Assembly (NCBI GenBank): GCA_944358325.1 | Contig: CALVQV010000002.1 | Coordinates: 1 to 53,844, forward strand | DNA length: 53,844 nucleotides | Reading direction: 5' to 3' | Origin: an uncultured Bacilli bacterium | GTDB taxonomy: Bacteria > Bacillota_I > Bacilli_A > RF39 > UBA660 | Shown here: one piece after another, positions 17,798 to 26,508 of the stretch | Layout of the letters: the number at the start of each line of letters is the position of its first letter | How positions within the stretch are numbered: position 1 is the first letter of the stretch | Position numbers and translations under genes: made by a program | The notes under the pieces: generated by a model | What the model saw: the letters and a program-made list of their open reading frames with translations, nothing else | What the model was told of the DNA's origin: nothing | Databases searched by the model: none

Positions 17798-17806
17798 TGA
17801 TATAAT
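17798..17806 (+). promoter_or_regulatory. Extended -10 element (TGaTATAAT)
   Basis: Read directly, just after the rny terminator and upstream of the two small ORFs. Confidence 0.55.
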
Positions 17807-17828
17807 AGTTAAACGAGGTGAGATGTAT

Positions 17829-18260
17829 ATGAATAAAAAAGAAGAAAAAATTAAAAATTTATATATTGCTCAAATTGGAAAAGTTGAATTAAAAGATACA
17901 GGATATATAAAATGTAATTCTGAAAATTTAAAACATCCTTTTATCATTGTTAAAAAAATAAGAGAAAAAAATCATATATCTACAATTGTACCTCCATACT
18001 TTACATCAAATAATTATATACAAATTCCTAAATATCAAGATATTTTTAATGAAAAAGAATATGAAGATTTATCTAATTATAATAATAGTATAAAAATATA
18101 TTCTTTTATTGATGATATTGAAATTTTAAAACTTGTACCTTTAAACAAGATTTTAAAGAAACGTAATGAAGATAGTATTGCACGTGAATATATAGAAAGT
18201 TTCTTAGAAGAAATAAATATAGAAGCAGAAGAAAAAATAAAACAAAAGAAATATAAATAA
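17829..18260 (+). CDS. Hypothetical protein (143 aa from this start)
   Basis: The GAGGTG RBS (17815-17820) is correctly spaced for the ATG at 17829. The track start at 17823 is too close to the RBS. No recognisable motif. Confidence 0.6.
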   Translation: MNKKEEKIKNLYIAQIGKVELKDTGYIKCNSENLKHPFIIVKKIREKNHISTIVPPYFTSNNYIQIPKYQDIFNEKEYEDLSNYNNSIKIYSFIDDIEILKLVPLNKILKKRNEDSIAREYIESFLEEINIEAEEKIKQKKYK

Positions 18261-18544
18261 TGATGATTATTATGAATGATGATTTTATAGAAAAAGGTTA
18301 TATATACCTTTTTAAATGCGGTAAAATTGAGAAGAAACTAGTAGAACAATTAGATGAAATTAATAATATAGAGATATGTACTTTAGAAAATAATTGTATT
18401 TTTAATAATTCTATAGCATATTATCAAAACTATTTAAAAGATGGCTATGCCATTATTGATGCATATAAAAACAAAACTTATACTTTAGAAGGTGAATCTT
18501 TTAATGATGTTTTAGATATTGTTAATGAATTAATTGTATTATAG
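18260..18544 (+). CDS. Hypothetical acidic protein (94 aa), translationally coupled to the upstream ORF
   Basis: TAATG stop/start overlap at 18258-18262. No recognisable motif. Confidence 0.55.
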   Translation: MMIIMNDDFIEKGYIYLFKCGKIEKKLVEQLDEINNIEICTLENNCIFNNSIAYYQNYLKDGYAIIDAYKNKTYTLEGESFNDVLDIVNELIVL

Positions 18545-18598
18545 ATAACAAATAAAAACAAGCTTTATTTGAATAAATATTATAATTACATAACAAAA

Positions 18599-18643
18599 AT
18601 CAAGGGTCTAGATGAACTCACTTCGTTCGCCCTTGATTTTTTT
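18599..18643 (+). terminator. Intrinsic terminator with a large loop (ATCAAGGG...CCCTTGAT + T6)
   Basis: 8-bp GC-containing stem, 23-nt loop, T-run. Confidence 0.6.
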
Positions 18644-18718
18644 CTGATAAGGTTCTTTTTATATGATGTTTACCGATTGGGGTTCACATCATTTATTAGT
18701 TAATAGTCTTTTTGTTTT

Positions 18719-18982
18719 TTATTTTGTACGATAATAATATGGTTGAGTATAATAATAGTTATTATATTGATATGGTATAGGTTGTGGATATACACAATTA
18801 TAGCATGGTCTATTATTAAAAGCTGGTCCTATTAAAGCTCCTGTTACGCCTCCTAATAAAAATGGTGCTAAAAAAGGAAAAAATCTTTCATCATTAGGAT
18901 CAACATAATTATTGTTTACTAAATTATTTGAATTACGCATTTCATTTTGGTAAAAGTATGGATAATTATATTTTGAATACAT
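18719..18982 (-). CDS. Small Tyr/Pro/Asn-rich protein, possibly a spore-coat-type protein
   Basis: Strong AAGGAG RBS on the - strand. Composition includes YPYFY and YQYNNYYYTQPYYY stretches plus a central Gly-rich hydrophobic segment. Confidence 0.6.
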   Translation of the reverse strand: MYSKYNYPYFYQNEMRNSNNLVNNNYVDPNDERFFPFLAPFLLGGVTGALIGPAFNNRPCYNCVYPQPIPYQYNNYYYTQPYYYRTK

Positions 18983-19033
18983 ATTTTTACTCCTTTCATA
19001 GTATACTATGAATGTTAGAAAGAATGGTGCGAT

Positions 19034-20107
19034 ATGTTAGATAAATTAGTTGATACTATTGTTAATTATAGTTTAGAAGTGAAGAGTGATGATAAAGTTT
19101 TAATTACTAGTTATTTAGAAGCTAAAGAATTTATTTTAAAATTGGTTGATAAAATTATATCAGTAGGAGGTATTCCTGTAGTTAAATTAAAAGATAGTGA
19201 AATAGATAGTTTAATTATGGAAAAATCTCTTTCTAATAGAGTTAATTTAGTTAAGACTTTATCTATGGAAGAAGCTATTAATTATGATTGTTTTATTAAT
19301 ATTAGATGTATGAATAATGATTATGAAAGTAAAGATACCAATAAAAAATTATTAAAAGAAATAGGAGATGCAACTTTAGAAAGTGATGACATTAGAATTA
19401 ATACAAAACGTTGGGTTTTACTTAATTATCCAACTGCTTTAGATGCTTATAAAAATAAAACATCATATCGTAAATATTATGATTATGCCCTAAAAGCAAT
19501 GACATTTGATTATGCTAAAATGTTAAAAGATATGGAGCCATTAAAAAAACTTATGGAACAAACTGATAAAGTTCATATTGTAGATAAAAATACTGATTTA
19601 ACATTTAGTATTAAAGATATACCTGTTATTCCTTGTGCAGGTAAATCTAATATTCCTGATGGTGAAATTTATACAGCGCCTATTAAAGATAGTGTAGAGG
19701 GTTATATAACTTATAATACGCCATGTCCTTATCAAGGGAATGTTTATACAGGTGTTCGTTTAGAATTTTCTAATGGTAAAATAGTTAACTGTACTTGCAA
19801 TGAAGATGTATTATCATTAAAAGAAATATTTGATACTGATTTAGGTGCTCGTTACATAGGTGAATTTTCCATAGGCCTTAATCCTATGATTAGAACACCA
19901 ATGGGAGATATTTTATATGATGAAAAGATTATTGGATCTATTCATTTTACACCTGGTAGAGCTTATAAAGATGCTTTTAATGGTAATATTAGTTCTATTC
20001 ATTGGGATATGGTATTACTTAATCCAGATATTTATTTTGATGATGTATTAATTAGAAAAAATGGTAAATTTGTAATTGATTCATTAAAACACTTAAATTA
20101 TGAATAA
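19034..20107 (+). CDS. Aminopeptidase, M29 (AmpS/PepS) family
   Basis: The N-terminus LVDTIVNYSLEVKSDDKVLI matches the family pattern. Conserved IPDGEIYTAP and FTPG segments. Length 357 aa. Confidence 0.85.
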   Translation: MLDKLVDTIVNYSLEVKSDDKVLITSYLEAKEFILKLVDKIISVGGIPVVKLKDSEIDSLIMEKSLSNRVNLVKTLSMEEAINYDCFINIRCMNNDYESKDTNKKLLKEIGDATLESDDIRINTKRWVLLNYPTALDAYKNKTSYRKYYDYALKAMTFDYAKMLKDMEPLKKLMEQTDKVHIVDKNTDLTFSIKDIPVIPCAGKSNIPDGEIYTAPIKDSVEGYITYNTPCPYQGNVYTGVRLEFSNGKIVNCTCNEDVLSLKEIFDTDLGARYIGEFSIGLNPMIRTPMGDILYDEKIIGSIHFTPGRAYKDAFNGNISSIHWDMVLLNPDIYFDDVLIRKNGKFVIDSLKHLNYE

Positions 20108-20144
20108 AAATTAAATTTCCTCGTATAATTAATTGGGTGAAAAT

Positions 20145-20987
20145 ATGAGGAAAATATTTGAAGGAATTGGTTTACTAGCGCTTTTATTAGTTAGTTTTAT
20201 ATATACTGAAAAAACAATGACAGTTATTAAAGAAAATGATGAAGTTATGGTTCACTTAAAAAGTGTAGCTGATTCTTATTATATTAAGCCCATAGAAGCT
20301 ATCATAAATGAAGATGAATTTATTCCAGGAATTAATGGACGTAAAGTAGATATAAATAAAAGTTATGATAAAATGAAACAGATAGGTAGTTTTACAGAGT
20401 CTTTACTAGTATTTGAAGATGTTAAACCTGAAAATACAATAAGTAAAAATATTGATAAATATATAACAAGTGGTAATAAAGAAAAAAATATGATAAGCTT
20501 ATTATTTTTAATTTACGAAGATAGTGATGTTAATTCTTTAATTAATGTTTTAAATAAAAGAAATACTAAAGCTACTTTATTTATAGATGGTATGTGGTTA
20601 GAACATAATAATGAAAAAATAAATGAAATAAGTAAAAATTATGAAATAGGTAATTTAAGTTATGATGGAAATTATACTGATCCATCATTTCCATGGGTGG
20701 ATATCGTTATTAAAAATGTTATTAATCAAGGATATAGTTATTGTTTAATGCAAGAAAAAAATAAAAATTATTTAGATGTTTGTAAAATAAATAATAATGT
20801 TACTATATATCCTAGTATTTATATTAAAAGTAATGGATTAGCAACTTTGAAACAAAATATTAAAAGTGGTAATTTGATTGCGATAGAGGTAAATGATAAT
20901 ATTTTGGGAGAATTAAATAGTATGATTAGTTATATTGAAAGTAAAGGATATACTATTAGTTCTCTAAAAGAACATTTACAAGAATAA
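20145..20987 (+). CDS. Membrane-anchored polysaccharide deacetylase-like (NodB-fold) protein, apparently degenerate
   Basis: The ATG at 20145 has a GGGTGA RBS; the track's TTG at 20133 is unlikely. The segment ISLLFLIYEDSD...KATLFIDGMWLEHNNEKINEISKNYEIGNLSYDG aligns by eye with NodB motifs 1 and 2, but the DD and HSxxH residues are missing. Confidence 0.5.
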   Translation: MRKIFEGIGLLALLLVSFIYTEKTMTVIKENDEVMVHLKSVADSYYIKPIEAIINEDEFIPGINGRKVDINKSYDKMKQIGSFTESLLVFEDVKPENTISKNIDKYITSGNKEKNMISLLFLIYEDSDVNSLINVLNKRNTKATLFIDGMWLEHNNEKINEISKNYEIGNLSYDGNYTDPSFPWVDIVIKNVINQGYSYCLMQEKNKNYLDVCKINNNVTIYPSIYIKSNGLATLKQNIKSGNLIAIEVNDNILGELNSMISYIESKGYTISSLKEHLQE

Positions 20988-21010
20988 ATACGAATATTTC
21001 GTATTTTTTA
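20986..21010 (+). terminator. Intrinsic terminator
   Basis: AAATACGAA-tat-TTCGTATTT hairpin plus T-run. Confidence 0.8.
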
Positions 21011-21059
21011 TTTTGTTTTATTATTTATAATGCGTTATAATATGTTTGAGGTGTTTTGT

Positions 21060-23210
21060 ATGAAAAAACCAGAGTTGTTAGCTCCAGCAGGTAATATGGA
21101 ATGTTTAAAAGCAGCGATTGCTGCTGGTTGTGATGCTGTTTATTTAGGCGGCTATATGTTTGGAGCACGTAGTTTTGCTAATAATTTTTCTAATGAAGAA
21201 TTAATTTCTGCGGTTCGTTATGCTCATTTATATAATGTTAAAGTTTATGTTACAACTAATATAATCGTATATGAAGATGAAGTAGAAACTTTTATGAAAT
21301 ATATTGCTTTTTTAATTGAAAGTAAAGTAGATGCTATTATTATTCAAGATCTAGGAATGCTTGACTTGGTGAGAAAAACTTATCCTGATTTTGAAATTCA
21401 TGCTTCAACCCAAATGCATATTCATAATTTAGATGGGGTTAAATTAGCGCAAAAATTAGGTTTAAAAAGATGTGTTATTGCTCGTGAAACACCTATTGAA
21501 GTAATTAGAAATATTAAAAAAAATGTTAATATTGAATTAGAAGTATTTATTCAGGGCGCTTTATGTGTAAGTTATTCTGGACAGTGTTTTATGAGTACCT
21601 TAATAGGTAATCGTAGTGGTAATAGAGGAACATGTGCTCAATGTTGTAGACAAAAATACACATTAGAAAGTAATAACAAGAAAATAGATGAAGGATATTT
21701 AATTAGTACTAAAGATTTAAATACTTTAGATAATATCGGTAAATTAATTGAATGTGGTGTTGATAGTTTAAAAATAGAAGGAAGAATGAAGCGTAAAGAA
21801 TATGTTTATTTTGTTACTGCATTATATCGTAAAGCTATTGATTCTTATGTAGAAAAAGGATATGTTGATATTACTAAAGAAGATATATATAATTTAAAAA
21901 AATTATTTAATCGTGAATTTACTAAAGGCTTTTTGTTTCATGAAGATAATAATGCTTTTATAAATAAATATCGTCCTAATCATATGGGAATTCCTGTTGG
22001 TAAGGTTATAAGTAGTAACAACAATAAAATAAGCATATTATTAGAAGAAAATGTAGCTATAAATGATGGACTTAGAATTGTTGGTGATGATGATTACGGA
22101 TTTACTTTAAATGTTTTTAAAGTAAATAATAAAATTGTTAAAGAAGCTTCTAAAGGAGAAGTTATAGAATGTATTGTTAAAGATAAAATTAAAATAGGTA
22201 GTAAAGTTTTAAAAACAAGTGATTATTTACAATTACAAAATATCAATGAATTGATAAATAATAGTAAGAGAAAAGTAATGGTAGAAGCAGAAGCAATTTT
22301 TAAGAAAAATCAAAAACCAACTATGATAATTAAATGTGATAATATAAAGATTGATTATACTTTAGATTATGATATTGCACCTGCTCAAAACCATCCAACT
22401 ACTAAAGAAGATATAACAAAACAATTAGAAAAAATAAAAGATACAGTTTATCAATATTCTAGTTTAAATATTATAGTTGATGATAATATTTTTATGCCTG
22501 TTAGTAAAATTAATGAATTAAGAAGAGAAACATTCTTGAAATTAGATAATAGACGTTTAGAAAGACCATTAATAAAGAAATGTGAATATAAAATAGAATT
22601 AAAAGATTTTAAAGAAGAAAAGAAGACAAGCGTTTTAGTAGATAGTATTACTAATTATAATAATATCGATAAAGATTATGATACTTTATATTTAGAAGAA
22701 GAATTATTTAATAAAATTGATGATCCTAAAAAAGTATTAAAATTGCCACGTGTTTTATTAGAACATCCAAAATATAAAGGACCTTTATTAGTTGGTGAAT
22801 TAGGTAGTTTATATGCTTATAATGATGTTATAACAGATTTTTCTTTTAATGTTGTAAATTCTTATACTGTTGCATTACTACATAGCTTAGGAGCATCTAA
22901 AGTAACATTATCTTATGAATTAGACTATGAACAAACTAAAAAAATAGTAGATAATTATCATAAACGTTATCATAAGCATCCTAATTTAGAAGTAATTGTT
23001 TACACTTATCCAGAAGCTATGATTACAAAATATAATTTATATAAAGACTATCATTATTCTAACTTAGTTTTAAAAGATCGTTTTGATAATAAATATAAGT
23101 TAAAAGACAAAAAAGATTATATGCTTATATATAACTTTAAACCTTTAAAACATACAGAAGATTATTATAAAATAGGTGTTAATAGTATTCGATATGAAGA
23201 ATTTTTTTAA
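21060..23210 (+). CDS. U32-family peptidase-like protein (long form)
   Basis: N-terminus KKPELLAPAGNMECLKAAIAAGCDAVYLGG and the E-x-F-x-x-G-A-L-C motif (EVFIQGALCVSYSGQC). The GAGGTG RBS fits the ATG at 21060. Confidence 0.9.
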   Translation: MKKPELLAPAGNMECLKAAIAAGCDAVYLGGYMFGARSFANNFSNEELISAVRYAHLYNVKVYVTTNIIVYEDEVETFMKYIAFLIESKVDAIIIQDLGMLDLVRKTYPDFEIHASTQMHIHNLDGVKLAQKLGLKRCVIARETPIEVIRNIKKNVNIELEVFIQGALCVSYSGQCFMSTLIGNRSGNRGTCAQCCRQKYTLESNNKKIDEGYLISTKDLNTLDNIGKLIECGVDSLKIEGRMKRKEYVYFVTALYRKAIDSYVEKGYVDITKEDIYNLKKLFNREFTKGFLFHEDNNAFINKYRPNHMGIPVGKVISSNNNKISILLEENVAINDGLRIVGDDDYGFTLNVFKVNNKIVKEASKGEVIECIVKDKIKIGSKVLKTSDYLQLQNINELINNSKRKVMVEAEAIFKKNQKPTMIIKCDNIKIDYTLDYDIAPAQNHPTTKEDITKQLEKIKDTVYQYSSLNIIVDDNIFMPVSKINELRRETFLKLDNRRLERPLIKKCEYKIELKDFKEEKKTSVLVDSITNYNNIDKDYDTLYLEEELFNKIDDPKKVLKLPRVLLEHPKYKGPLLVGELGSLYAYNDVITDFSFNVVNSYTVALLHSLGASKVTLSYELDYEQTKKIVDNYHKRYHKHPNLEVIVYTYPEAMITKYNLYKDYHYSNLVLKDRFDNKYKLKDKKDYMLIYNFKPLKHTEDYYKIGVNSIRYEEFF

Positions 23211-23227
23211 GTGGTAATAAGTGGTAA
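23211..23227 (+). repeat. Direct heptamer repeat GTGGTAA-taa-GTGGTAA
   Basis: Read directly. It starts 1 nt after the U32 stop and lies upstream of the terminator and the lon promoter. Confidence 0.9.
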
Positions 23228-23247
23228 AAAAATATTAAAAAAATAAG

Positions 23248-23275
23248 GAGAAAAGTATATACTTTTCTCTTTATT
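23248..23275 (+). terminator. Intrinsic terminator (GAGAAAAGTAT/ATACTTTTCTC)
   Basis: Near-perfect 11-bp palindrome followed by a T-rich tail. Confidence 0.7.
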
Positions 23276-23276
23276 A

Positions 23277-23285
23277 TGCTATAAT
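23277..23285 (+). promoter_or_regulatory. Extended -10 element (TGcTATAAT) for lon
   Basis: Read directly, 26 nt upstream of the GTG start. Confidence 0.55.
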
Positions 23286-23310
23286 AAAAACAATTTCAAG
23301 AGGTGATGTT

Positions 23311-25629
23311 GTGACAAAAATAAATTTACCAGTTATCCTTTTAAAAGGCATTGTCTTATTACCTCATAATGAAATTCGCTTAGAATTTGATAACAATATT
23401 AATCTTAATATTATTGATTCTAGTAAGTTATTTCATGATAGTAAATTACTTGTTGTAAGTGGTATTAATCCTTTAGAAGATACACCCTTAATTAAAGACT
23501 TACCTAAAATAGGTGTCATAGCTAAAATAAAACATATTTTAGAACTACCTAATGGTAAAACAAGAATTATTATTAAAGGTTTAGTAAGAGCTAAAGTACT
23601 TGAATATATTGATATGCATACTGATACATATTTAGAATCTATAGTAGAAGAAGTAACAAAAGAAAAAATAGATGTAACAGAAGAAAATTTAATGGTACGT
23701 AAACTTTATCGTGAAGTGCAAGATTCTACACAAGTTTTACCATATATGTCTAATAGTATTTTATCACTCATTTTAGGAACGACTGATTTAGATAAAATGA
23801 CAGATATTATTGTTCCTAACTTACCTATAAGTTATGATCGAATTTTAAATTATTTAAATACTATAAACGCTAGTGATAGAGCTAACATGGTTTTAAAAGA
23901 TATATATGAAGAAAAAACAATGTATGATTTAGAAAATAAAATAGATGCTAAAGTAAAAATGGAAATAGATAATTCCCAAAAAGAATATTATATTCGTGAA
24001 CGCATTAAAGCTATGCGTGAAGAACTTAATGAAAATGAAGATAATGAACCTGAAATTATTAGACAAAAAATAGCTAAATTAAAAGCTCCTAAATCTATTA
24101 TTGAACGTTTGAATAAAGAAATAAAAAAATATGAAACAACGAATATTAATTCTCCAGAGAAAAGTGTGATTGATAATTATATTCATTGGCTCTTAGAACT
24201 TCCATGGAGTAATAAAACTAAAGATAATGATGATTTAAAACAAGTAAAACGACTTTTAAATAAATCACATTATGGTTTGGAAGATGTAAAATTACGTATT
24301 ATTGAATATTTGGCTGTAAAAAAAATGACTAATTCTTTAAAATCACCAATAATTTGTTTGGTTGGACCACCAGGTGTTGGAAAGACCAGTTTAGCTATTT
24401 CTATAGCTAAAGCTATTAATCGTAATTTTGTTAAAATGAGTGTTGGCGGTATCAGAGATGTTAATGAAATAATGGGACATAGAAGAACTTATGTTGGTGC
24501 TAGTCCAGGTCGTATTATTGAAGCAATGAAAAAAGCCGGCAGTATTAATCCTTTATTCTTAATAGATGAAATTGATAAAATGAGTCATGATTATGATGGA
24601 GATCCCGCTAGTGCTTTATTAGAAGTTTTAGATCCTGAACAAAATAGTTTCTTTAGTGATAATTATATTGAAGAAGAATATGATTTATCAAATGTTATGT
24701 TTATCGCAACAGCTAATAATATTGAAGATATTCCAGAAGCTTTAAAAGATCGTTTAGAAATAGTTTCATTAAGTGGTTATACAGAATATGAAAAATTAGA
24801 TATAGCTAAAAAGCATTTACTTCCTAAAATATGTTCTAATCATGGCCTAGATATTAAAAAATTAATTATCGAAGATGATATTATTTTAAAAGTAATACGT
24901 TCTTACACAAGAGAAGCTGGGGTTCGTGAATTAGAACGTCAATTATCAAAAATTATTCGTAAAATAGTAACTGAAATAGTTATGAACGATAATAATCAAG
25001 ATAATTATGAAGTTAACGAAAAACTATTAACTAAGTATTTGGGTAAAGAAAAATATTTTCACATTCAAAGTAATGAGGCAAGTGTTGGCGTGGTTAATGG
25101 TTTAGCTTATACTGCCTATGGTGGTGAACTTTTACCAATTGAAGTTAATTACTTTAAAGGAAATGGTAATTTGGTTTTAACAGGTCAGTTGGGAGATGTC
25201 ATGAAAGAAAGTGCAAAAATTGCTTTTAGCTATATAAAAGCCAATGCCACTACTTTTAATATAGACTATGATATTATTAGTAATAATGATATTCATATTC
25301 ATGTGCCAGAAGGAGCTATTCCTAAAGATGGTCCTAGTGCAGGTATAGCCTTAACAACTGCTTTAATTAGTTCTTTAACTAATAAAAAAGTAAACAAGAA
25401 TATCGCGATGACAGGTGAAATAACACTAAGAGGTCATGTTTTAGCAATAGGTGGTTTAAAAGAAAAAAGTATTGGGGCTTATCGTAATGGTGTAAAAACA
25501 ATTATTATACCTAAAGAAAATGAAAGAGACTTAGTTAATATTCCAAAAGAAATAAAAAAAGATATTAAATATATAACAGTTAGTAATTATAAAGAAGTTT
25601 ATGAATACATAAATAGAAAAGGAAATTAA
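23311..25629 (+). CDS. lon: ATP-dependent protease Lon (LonA type), GTG start
   Basis: LON N-domain, Walker A GPPGVGKTS, and protease Ser motif PKDGPSAGIALTTAL with downstream MTGEITLRG. Confidence 0.97.
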   Translation: MTKINLPVILLKGIVLLPHNEIRLEFDNNINLNIIDSSKLFHDSKLLVVSGINPLEDTPLIKDLPKIGVIAKIKHILELPNGKTRIIIKGLVRAKVLEYIDMHTDTYLESIVEEVTKEKIDVTEENLMVRKLYREVQDSTQVLPYMSNSILSLILGTTDLDKMTDIIVPNLPISYDRILNYLNTINASDRANMVLKDIYEEKTMYDLENKIDAKVKMEIDNSQKEYYIRERIKAMREELNENEDNEPEIIRQKIAKLKAPKSIIERLNKEIKKYETTNINSPEKSVIDNYIHWLLELPWSNKTKDNDDLKQVKRLLNKSHYGLEDVKLRIIEYLAVKKMTNSLKSPIICLVGPPGVGKTSLAISIAKAINRNFVKMSVGGIRDVNEIMGHRRTYVGASPGRIIEAMKKAGSINPLFLIDEIDKMSHDYDGDPASALLEVLDPEQNSFFSDNYIEEEYDLSNVMFIATANNIEDIPEALKDRLEIVSLSGYTEYEKLDIAKKHLLPKICSNHGLDIKKLIIEDDIILKVIRSYTREAGVRELERQLSKIIRKIVTEIVMNDNNQDNYEVNEKLLTKYLGKEKYFHIQSNEASVGVVNGLAYTAYGGELLPIEVNYFKGNGNLVLTGQLGDVMKESAKIAFSYIKANATTFNIDYDIISNNDIHIHVPEGAIPKDGPSAGIALTTALISSLTNKKVNKNIAMTGEITLRGHVLAIGGLKEKSIGAYRNGVKTIIIPKENERDLVNIPKEIKKDIKYITVSNYKEVYEYINRKGN

Positions 25630-25632
25630 AAT

Positions 25633-26466
25633 ATGAAAAAAAAACTACAACAAAAATTAGAAAATTTATTTTGGGAAAGATATATAGACATGTTATCAAA
25701 TACTGAAAATACAGAATTTTCTGATATTATCGACTTTGGTTTAATTTATTTAGATAATTTTTATAAGCATTTAGATAAATACGTTAATAGTCATTGGGAT
25801 AAAAAAGATTTACCTAAAAAACGTTCTTGGCGTTTATATGAAATTGTTAATGAATTAAGAGATGATTTATTAGAAGAAGGAAATAAAGATGAGGCTTGGA
25901 AATATACTCAGTTAATGAATCTTTTAAAAACGACGTCTGAAAGACATAAAAATAGTTATTTAATCAATGAATGTTCAAAAAGAACAAGAATTAATTTGTT
26001 TGTAGAAGATGAAAAAGCTGATTTAGATGATTGCGTTTTTGGGGCAGAAACTCTTAGTGATTTAGACTATTTTTTAGGTCAATGCCAAACTATGGAATTT
26101 ATTTTACTAAAAAGTTTTGTATATGATAATGATCAAGAATATTATATTAACAATTTAGCAAGCTATGTTACATTAGAAGCTGCTGTACCAGCAATTAATG
26201 GTTTATGTGGTGAAGTGCCAGAAATGCTAAAGGATAAACAAATAATGGATAGATGCTCCGCAATCATTGAATTGAAACATAAATTATATAGAAAAAACTA
26301 TTTCATAAATCATGATACTAAAATAAAAATGCCTATCGTTGATGAACAAAATAAATATTTTAATGTTTTATATTCTTATCGTAAAGATATTATTAATGAT
26401 ATGAAACAATATAAAGAACAAAAAGAAGTTAAAAGATTATACAAAAAGATGCAAAAAGGAGAATAA
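25633..26466 (+). CDS. Hypothetical protein (277 aa)
   Basis: Starts 3 nt after the lon stop. No recognisable motif. A terminator follows it. Confidence 0.6.
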   Translation: MKKKLQQKLENLFWERYIDMLSNTENTEFSDIIDFGLIYLDNFYKHLDKYVNSHWDKKDLPKKRSWRLYEIVNELRDDLLEEGNKDEAWKYTQLMNLLKTTSERHKNSYLINECSKRTRINLFVEDEKADLDDCVFGAETLSDLDYFLGQCQTMEFILLKSFVYDNDQEYYINNLASYVTLEAAVPAINGLCGEVPEMLKDKQIMDRCSAIIELKHKLYRKNYFINHDTKIKMPIVDEQNKYFNVLYSYRKDIINDMKQYKEQKEVKRLYKKMQKGE

Positions 26467-26481
26467 AAAGCTCCTTTTTTT
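26454..26481 (+). terminator. Intrinsic terminator overlapping the stop of the 277-aa ORF
   Basis: AAAAGGAG...CTCCTTTT hairpin plus T-run. Confidence 0.7.
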
Positions 26482-26508
26482 CATATCTTTAAGTAGTGAG
26501 GAGGAAAT

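Noticed and set aside
18611-18630. GAAC-N7-GTTC inside the loop of the 18599-18643 terminator, considered as a fourth LexA box.
   Set aside because: The spacing is wrong (N7 rather than N4), the flanking C/G are lacking, and it sits in a terminator loop rather than at a promoter.
25633-25650. The A9 tract at the 5' end of the 277-aa ORF, and the A8 tracts in the Lys-rich gene, as phase-variation switches.
   Set aside because: Homopolymeric A/T runs of this length are common throughout this very AT-rich sequence and mostly encode Lys-Lys-Lys. Without population data there is no evidence for slippage.
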